Virus record (IMG/VR): IMGVR_UViG_3300011989_000257
Span: 64,001-128,000 of that record
Length of the DNA: 64,000 nucleotides
Source: a virus
Lineage: Duplodnaviria > Caudoviricetes
Reading direction: 5' to 3' (one strand)
A program made the position numbers and the translations under genes. The notes under the pieces are model-generated. The model saw only the letters and a list, made by a program, of their open reading frames with translations, did not search any database and was not told where the DNA came from. Of the stretch, positions 57,565 to 64,000 are shown piece after piece (position 1 is the first letter of the stretch; the number at the start of each line of letters is the position of its first letter).

Positions 57565-58659
57565 ATGGATTTAAATATTACGTCAACACCGAAGATTAAG
57601 GTTTTATTTGACTCACAAATATATGATGGTCAAGAATTCGGTGGAATATCAAGAATGTTTGTTGATATAAACAATGAGTTCAATAAAAGCGATGACATAG
57701 AATCTAGATTCTCTGTATCAAAGACAAAGAACTTATACTTGAGCCGCATTGAACCATATGAATACGGGGAATGTGACAATTGGGTATTGTCTGTAGATAT
57801 GCTAATGAAAGGAGATTATGATGTGTTTTATCCAACTTTATTCTCGCCATATTTCCTTAAGTTTCTCAATGGAAAGCCGTTTGTAATGTCAGTACACGAT
57901 ATGCTGACTGAGATATATTTCCCTAGCAAGCACGACCCGCAGATTAAGGGAAAGCGTGAGTTGGTAAAGTATGCGTCTGCTATAGAAGTGCCGACTGAGG
58001 TGGTTAAAAAAGACTTGATTAGATTTCTTGATGTTGACCCATCCAAGATATACGTTGTTGGAAGAGGGCTTAATGAGAATTTTGGTAATGATGTATTAAG
58101 CGAAAGCGTTGTTGAAGGCAAATACGTCTTGTTTGTTGGCAAAAGGCAAGGATATAAAAGGTTCGACTGGTTCATCAAACATTCAGCGCCATTTTTCAAG
58201 AATCATCCTGATATCAAGTTAGTGTGTACTGGGTATGATTTCAATAATGGGGAAAAACAATTGTTGAATGAATATGATATGGCTGACAGAGCGATTGCAA
58301 TGAAGGTCAATGATATTGAACTTGCAACGCTTTATAAGGATGCATTGTTTTTCGTATTCCCATCAGAATGTGAGGGCTTTGGTTATCCTGTGCTTGAAGC
58401 GTACAAGATGGGCTGTATTGCCCTTCTGAACAATAATGAATGTTTTAAGGAAATCACATTTGGGAAGGGTACTTTTTTTGATTTGAAGGAAGATGAGTCT
58501 AACATAGTTGATGTAATGGAAAAAACGCTTAACCTTACTGAAGATGAAAAAGAAGAAGTATTAAAGGTACAATATGATATATTGTCGAATTACTCTGCTG
58601 AAAAGATGACATCTAAAATAAAAGATATGATAATGGAAGTATTATCAAGGAGAAAGTAA
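57565..58659 (+). CDS. GT-B glycosyltransferase (GT4-like)
   Basis: GGISR, VHD, FVGKR..YK, FPSECEGFGYPVLEA. Confidence 0.88.
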   Translation: MDLNITSTPKIKVLFDSQIYDGQEFGGISRMFVDINNEFNKSDDIESRFSVSKTKNLYLSRIEPYEYGECDNWVLSVDMLMKGDYDVFYPTLFSPYFLKFLNGKPFVMSVHDMLTEIYFPSKHDPQIKGKRELVKYASAIEVPTEVVKKDLIRFLDVDPSKIYVVGRGLNENFGNDVLSESVVEGKYVLFVGKRQGYKRFDWFIKHSAPFFKNHPDIKLVCTGYDFNNGEKQLLNEYDMADRAIAMKVNDIELATLYKDALFFVFPSECEGFGYPVLEAYKMGCIALLNNNECFKEITFGKGTFFDLKEDESNIVDVMEKTLNLTEDEKEEVLKVQYDILSNYSAEKMTSKIKDMIMEVLSRRK

Positions 58660-58673
58660 ATATTAAATTAAAT

Positions 58674-60101
58674 ATGGCTGATAAAACTATTAATGTATTA
58701 ATTGTAAATTACAATACGCAGAAACTAACCGAAGCCTGCATAAAAAGTATAAACAAGCATACACCAAATGTTAATATATATGTATTTGACAATAGCGATA
58801 ATGGAAAATTTATAAACAATTTTACAAACGTGACTGTGATTGATAATACCGATGGACAAATTATCAACTTTAATGAATGGCTTAAAAATTTTCCAGAGCA
58901 CGAGAAATCTCCAATAGGCAGTGGTAATAACTATGCATCATCAAAACATTGTGTGTCAATACAAAAAGCCATTGATATAATAGATGATAATATCATATTA
59001 ATGGATTCTGATGTACTTGTTAAGAAAGATATAAGCGAGCTATGGGATGAAGAATGCATATATGTTGGTGGGTATGAGCATAATATATGGCACGACAAGA
59101 GGTTAATGCCGTTTATATGTTTTATAAATGTAAAGATGTGTAAAAAATATGGCATAAAATACTTCGATGAAAATAGAATAGTCGGTCTTACTGCTAATGG
59201 CGAGAAGTATGATACTGGTTGCTCATTTTATGTTGACAGCGAAAAATATAAACATAAAGAAATTAATATATTTGGCTATATTAAACACTTTGCACAAGGT
59301 AGTTGGAAAAGAAAAAATCTTAACTTTGAAAAATGGCTAGAAACTAATAAAAATCTATGGGCAGAAAATTACAATTGCAATATAAATATATTCATTTGCA
59401 CCCACAAAGAATTTGAACCAGTTGTGCATAACGAAATATATAAAATAATTAACGCAAGGCAAATAGAGCTGAAACTACCATTGAAGGATGCTTTCTATTC
59501 AGAACTGTACCAATTCAAATACGTTGCTGATAATTTGGAATTGCCTAAATATATTGGATTCTGCCATTACAGAAGATATTTCTCTTTCCTTGACGATGTA
59601 CCAAATATGGATGAAATATTTTCTAATTATGATGCAATATGCTCAAAGCCTAAAGTATTCAATAATAGTATAAAGTCACAATATTTATCTTGCCATAATA
59701 TTGAGGACCTGTACATCATCGGTGGAATCATCGCTGAGAAATATCCAGAACAAGCAAATATGTGGAAGAATTTCATAAACGGCAACATATTGATTCCATA
59801 TAATATGTTCATTATGAAAAGGGAAGATTTCAAGGAATATATCGATTTCATATTCTCAATCCTTGACGAATACCTTAAAATAGTTGGAACGGATATTAAT
59901 AAGAGAATATATGACAATTATGAAAAGTATATCAAAAGATTCTATCCAAATAACACCGTCGAATATCAATATAGAATAGGCGGTTATATTGCAGAGAGAT
60001 TAACAAATCTGTTTATGATGCATAAATTCAAGAAAATAAAGACATATCCCGTAATTGTTACGGAAGATAAATATAAACAAAGCAAAAAGGATAACCCATA
60101 A
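58674..60101 (+). CDS. GT-A (GT2-like) glycosyltransferase fused to a DUF4422-like domain
   Basis: IVNYNT, FDNSD, MDSD (DxD); C-terminal IFICTHK, IGFCHYRRYF, YNMFIMK, R.GGYIAERL. Confidence 0.82.
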   Translation: MADKTINVLIVNYNTQKLTEACIKSINKHTPNVNIYVFDNSDNGKFINNFTNVTVIDNTDGQIINFNEWLKNFPEHEKSPIGSGNNYASSKHCVSIQKAIDIIDDNIILMDSDVLVKKDISELWDEECIYVGGYEHNIWHDKRLMPFICFINVKMCKKYGIKYFDENRIVGLTANGEKYDTGCSFYVDSEKYKHKEINIFGYIKHFAQGSWKRKNLNFEKWLETNKNLWAENYNCNINIFICTHKEFEPVVHNEIYKIINARQIELKLPLKDAFYSELYQFKYVADNLELPKYIGFCHYRRYFSFLDDVPNMDEIFSNYDAICSKPKVFNNSIKSQYLSCHNIEDLYIIGGIIAEKYPEQANMWKNFINGNILIPYNMFIMKREDFKEYIDFIFSILDEYLKIVGTDINKRIYDNYEKYIKRFYPNNTVEYQYRIGGYIAERLTNLFMMHKFKKIKTYPVIVTEDKYKQSKKDNP

Positions 60102-60136
60102 TGCTTGGGCTATCCTTCTTTATTTATCTAATGTTA

Positions 60137-62203
60137 TTATTGTTCTACCTTTCTCCAATTATAGTAGCCTAAGTAGTAACTACTTGTGCTCATCCATACA
60201 CCATAACCACTACTGCCACTTGGCACTGTTAATGTACCACCTGTCTTAACATTATTGAATGTGAAATTTTCTATTGTAGGCGCTGTTGCAGCGTTGGATA
60301 TTATACTTGTAAGGCCTCTACAACTTTGGAAAGCACCACGGCCAATACTTGTAACACTATTACCTATTGTAACATTTGTAAGACTAGTACAATTATCGAA
60401 AGCGCCATTACCGATTGTTGTAACACTATCAGGGATATCTATACTTGTGAGATTAGTACAACCGCCTAAAGCAGACTCACCAATGCTTGTAACACTATCA
60501 GGTATATCTATACTTGTAAGGCCAGTACAACCATCGAAAGCATAATCGCCAATGCTTGTAATACTATCTAACATAATTGTCGTTTTGCAACCCTGAACTA
60601 ATGTATTCGTTTCCGTATTAATTATTGCATTGCAGTTGTTACGTGAATCATATACTGTATTATTGCTATCAACCGTTATGCTTGTAAGATTATAACAATA
60701 TCCGAAAGCCCAACCGCCAATACTTGTAAGACCACTACCAATGGTTATGCTTGTAAAACCACTACAAGATTGGAAAACTCCTTCACCAATACTTGTAACA
60801 CTATTTGGTATAACTATACTTGTAAGACCATTACAACCATTGAAAGCATAATTACCAATTCTTGTAACGCCACTACCTATCGTACAACTTGTAAGACCAC
60901 TACAAGATTGGAAAGCATTATTACCAATAGATGGAGTAGAATCACCAATAATTACTGTTTCAAGATTAGACCAAACACCTCTACCTGTGCCTTTAAAAGA
61001 AGTACTTAACTCACATTTTGCATTGTAATTTAGAACCTTTAATGCGTTAGTACCTACGAAAGCACTACCGCCAATACTTGTAACACCACTACCTATTGTA
61101 CAACTTGTAAGACTACTACAATAATAGAAAGCCCAACTTCCAATACTTGTAACACCACTTGGTATAACTATACTTGTAAGACTACTACAATAATAGAAAG
61201 CATAACTACCAATACTTGTAACACCACCACCTATTGTACAGCTTGTAAGACTACTACAACTACTGAAAGTACTATTACTAATACTTGTAACACCACTACC
61301 TATTGTACAACTTGTAAGACTACTACAACTATTGAAAGCACTATTACCAACACTTGTAACACTATCAGGTATATCTACACTTGTAAGACTACTACAATTT
61401 TGGAAAGCATAATTACCAACACTTGTAACACTATCAGGTATAACTATACTTGTAAGGCCAGTACAAGTACTGAAAGCATAATCTCCAATGCTTGTAACAC
61501 TGTTAGGTATGTCTATACTTGTAAGGCTAGTACAATTTTGGAAAGCATAATTACTAATACTTGTAACGCCACTCGGTATATCTATGCTTGTAAGACCACT
61601 ACAATTATAGAAAGCACTAATGCCAATACTTGTAACACCACTTGGAATGTCTATACTTGCAAGACTACTACAATTTGCGAAAACACCATTACCAATGCTT
61701 GTAACGCCATCAGGTATAGTTATACTTGTAAGACCTCTACAACTTTGGAAAGCAGCATCGCCGATACTTGTAACACTATCAGGGATAACTATGTTTGTAA
61801 GACCACTACAATATTGGAAAGTATAGTCGCTAATATTTGTTTGGTCGTTTAATGGAAATTCAACAGTATGTTCCCCACTTGATAATTGATACTTACCTTG
61901 TGCTGCATCAATGCTTTCAATGGATACTTTAGTTCCATCAATAATAGCCTTGGTAAAAATGTCAGCACCATAGTTTTCTATTGGATAACTACCACTTCCA
62001 TCGGAATAAAAGTATAATTGTGTTGGTTCAGAATCATCTTCAACATTATATTTAACAATAATAGCGGGTTTTTCAAACGTACTATAATAGACCTTATATA
62101 CATCATCATTACAAACACTTATGTTTGGCAAGATGAAGTTCTCAGTATCCGCACTGTATGCTGTATAATCAGCAGTTGTTTCAAATTCTTTTAAATATTT
62201 CAT
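60137..62203 (-). CDS. BspA-type leucine-rich-repeat protein (candidate virion-displayed adhesin/receptor-binding protein)
   Basis: About 20 repeats of C..LTSI.IP..VTSIG..AF; upstream ATATTTAT late motif. Confidence 0.9.
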   Translation of the reverse strand: MKYLKEFETTADYTAYSADTENFILPNISVCNDDVYKVYYSTFEKPAIIVKYNVEDDSEPTQLYFYSDGSGSYPIENYGADIFTKAIIDGTKVSIESIDAAQGKYQLSSGEHTVEFPLNDQTNISDYTFQYCSGLTNIVIPDSVTSIGDAAFQSCRGLTSITIPDGVTSIGNGVFANCSSLASIDIPSGVTSIGISAFYNCSGLTSIDIPSGVTSISNYAFQNCTSLTSIDIPNSVTSIGDYAFSTCTGLTSIVIPDSVTSVGNYAFQNCSSLTSVDIPDSVTSVGNSAFNSCSSLTSCTIGSGVTSISNSTFSSCSSLTSCTIGGGVTSIGSYAFYYCSSLTSIVIPSGVTSIGSWAFYYCSSLTSCTIGSGVTSIGGSAFVGTNALKVLNYNAKCELSTSFKGTGRGVWSNLETVIIGDSTPSIGNNAFQSCSGLTSCTIGSGVTRIGNYAFNGCNGLTSIVIPNSVTSIGEGVFQSCSGFTSITIGSGLTSIGGWAFGYCYNLTSITVDSNNTVYDSRNNCNAIINTETNTLVQGCKTTIMLDSITSIGDYAFDGCTGLTSIDIPDSVTSIGESALGGCTNLTSIDIPDSVTTIGNGAFDNCTSLTNVTIGNSVTSIGRGAFQSCRGLTSIISNAATAPTIENFTFNNVKTGGTLTVPSGSSGYGVWMSTSSYYLGYYNWRKVEQ
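60270..61830 (-). repeat. 69-bp tandem coding repeats (23-aa LRR units)
   Basis: Recurring 'atacttgtaacac' and 'cttgtaagactactaca' with about 69-nt period. Confidence 0.9.
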
Positions 62204-62242
62204 AATGTATATCTTTTCTATATAAATATCTTAACTGATATG

Positions 62243-62271
62243 AAAAATGCAGCCATCGCTGACTGCATTTT
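62243..62271 (-). terminator. Intrinsic terminator
   Basis: aaaatgcag-ccatcgctga-ctgcatttt. Confidence 0.7.
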
Positions 62272-62294
62272 ATAAATTATGATTTTAATTTCGC

Positions 62295-64000
62295 TTATGC
62301 AAAATTCAATGTCAAGCCATTTGCAACTGGGTCTGTGATTCCACCTGTCTTGTTAATGTTGTAAAGGTAGAATACCTGGTTCTTCTCACCGAAGTTATTT
62401 GCAGTTACCTTAACGCCATTGTACTTACAGTTCTTGAAGTTGAATTTCCAAGTCTGAATCTTTGACAAGTCACCGCCAAGTGCAACGTCAGTAGTGGCTG
62501 GCTGATAGATAACCAATCCTGCCCATCCCCAATCTGCTGCATCCTTATTTGGCGTGTTCTCATATGTCCAAGAAACGTTCTCGAAGTTAACTGTAACACC
62601 AGTAGCGTTCTTGTAGTTTGCAAGCCTCAATGCGTTTGAGTTGTTAACATTCAAGTTAAGGTTAACGTCTGAAATGTTGATTACAGCATCGTCATTTGGT
62701 CTGTAGATGTTAAATACATTGTGTGCTAGTGCAACGTCATTAACCTTCACGTTTGAAGCGTTAAATGAATCGGTACCAGTGCCAACTTCCTCAAATACGT
62801 TATATGGTTTTGCACCATCTGCAATAGTGATGTTTGAAACATCAACCTTTGGAGCATCTACCAAGAAATATCCGTTTGAAGAACCCTTGTCACCAGTTAC
62901 CTCAACACCATCAAGTGCTATTGACTCAACTGCTGCAATGTTAACTTGCTGTGCTGCCTCAACGTTTGCAATTTCAAGGTTTTTGAATGTCTTCTTTGCT
63001 GCAAGTGCATTCAATGCCTCTTCTCCACCGATGAACACGTCAGTATTCTGTGGGTCTGTGATTGCATTTATTTCCTCTGCTGTATTTGCAACCTCTGTCT
63101 CGTCATCGAAGAATCCGCAATCCAATACATTTGCGAACTTGATGCCATCCTTATCAACTGTTATTGGGTTCTTGATTGCTGGAGCTGAATATCCTGCTGC
63201 AACAGCCTTAACCTTGTTTGAAGCGATTGAAATACCATCACTTGCCTCAAGTCTTTCTTCGTCAGCCTTCTTGTCGATTGCTGCCTGTATACCCTCAACT
63301 CTGATACCATCCTCGTCTACAACAAGGAATCTCTCACTGTGGGTATTATATTTGATTGAAATAGTATTGTGAGTGTTATCAACATCAATACCATTACCAC
63401 CAGTATAGAAGTCTACAAGGTCTTTTGTATTGATATAGATTGTATCAGCATTTGCGAATTCAATCTTGATGGCAGTATCAGGCCCTTCTGGGTCTTCAGT
63501 GAACACGTCACCATCCCAAGTACCGTGAACAAGTGAGCCACCACTTACAACCATATCCTTTGGAATGTCAATCTTACCTATCTCTTCCTTGTCATCTCCC
63601 AAGCCTTGTGAAAGAATGTAGGTCTTGAGATAACCAGATGTAGGGGTTTGAGCAACTTCCAATGAAATCTTAAGTTTGTTCTCAAGGGCTGATTCAAGTT
63701 CGTTCAATGCATCAGCTACCGTGTGTTCTGCTGAAAAACCTTCGCCAAGTTTTGCATTAACCTCTTCTATTGCTTCGGTTAATGTCTTATCAGAAAAACC
63801 GCTACCAATTGTCTGATTGATTGCTGAAACGGCTTCTTTCAATGCATCAATATCTGCTGCACTTCCTTCAACGTCAAGGATGGTGTAGTATGACTGACCA
63901 CCACCATTGTCTTCCATCTCATTTGCGTTTGCATAGAAACCAACCAATGTGCGGATGATTGGCTCTCCACCCACAACAGGAACCAAATAACGTGCCAATT
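62295..64000 (-). CDS. Large virion structural protein (fibre/decoration-like), 5' end outside the window
   Basis: Frame open to the right edge; IDIPKDMVV.GG, YTGGNGI motifs; beta-rich C-terminus; highly biased codon usage. Confidence 0.65.
   Translation of the reverse strand, partial: LARYLVPVVGGEPIIRTLVGFYANANEMEDNGGGQSYYTILDVEGSAADIDALKEAVSAINQTIGSGFSDKTLTEAIEEVNAKLGEGFSAEHTVADALNELESALENKLKISLEVAQTPTSGYLKTYILSQGLGDDKEEIGKIDIPKDMVVSGGSLVHGTWDGDVFTEDPEGPDTAIKIEFANADTIYINTKDLVDFYTGGNGIDVDNTHNTISIKYNTHSERFLVVDEDGIRVEGIQAAIDKKADEERLEASDGISIASNKVKAVAAGYSAPAIKNPITVDKDGIKFANVLDCGFFDDETEVANTAEEINAITDPQNTDVFIGGEEALNALAAKKTFKNLEIANVEAAQQVNIAAVESIALDGVEVTGDKGSSNGYFLVDAPKVDVSNITIADGAKPYNVFEEVGTGTDSFNASNVKVNDVALAHNVFNIYRPNDDAVINISDVNLNLNVNNSNALRLANYKNATGVTVNFENVSWTYENTPNKDAADWGWAGLVIYQPATTDVALGGDLSKIQTWKFNFKNCKYNGVKVTANNFGEKNQVFYLYNINKTGGITDPVANGLTLNFA

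Noticed and set aside
60270-61830. Periodic repeats resembling a CRISPR array or a DGR template/variable pair
   Set aside because: The 69-bp period is in frame and encodes LRR units; there are no unique spacers, cas genes or reverse transcriptase in the window.
1-64000. Genome-wide TAG-to-Gln recoding (genetic code 15)
   Set aside because: All long genes are open under code 11 and only one in-frame TAG (kptA) was found.

Overview
AT-rich, gene-dense 64 kb segment of a large (probably jumbo) tailed myophage with a T4-like morphogenesis set, most likely infecting a Bacteroidota host. The host inference rests on 13 TTTG/TAnnTTTG promoters and AT-rich starts without Shine-Dalgarno sequences. The left half (1-33.7 kb, mostly minus strand) is the late/virion region: tape measure N-terminus, gp26/gp51-like pair, tail tube plus a tube paralog, sheath, major capsid, scaffold, prohead protease, portal and large terminase. 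Many small genes sharing an N-terminal 'MKKxIRLTESDLHxIVKESV' leader are interspersed, together with multi-module proteins whose modules (nucleotidyltransferase, ADP-ribosyltransferase-like, GNAT) are separated by I/L/V-x-E linkers. The right half (33.7-60 kb) carries nucleotide, RNA and protein metabolism genes (ThyA, MazG-like, KTSC, ClpC, Thg1, GIY-YIG, nucleotidyltransferase, SF1 helicase, thioredoxin, dNMP kinase, phosphoesterases, ABC ATPase + GNAT, glycosyltransferases), then a BspA-type LRR gene and a partial virion protein. Best leads: (1) a candidate leader-addressed, prohead-protease-processed capsid cargo system built as promoter-leader-cargo-terminator cassettes and polyproteins; (2) a likely -1 frameshift on an A10 run; (3) an in-frame TAG in kptA; (4) a late-promoter motif, ATATTTAT, resembling the reverse complement of the T4 late promoter. 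No tRNA, rRNA or CRISPR array was recognised. All annotations come from motif recognition by eye; no searches were run.
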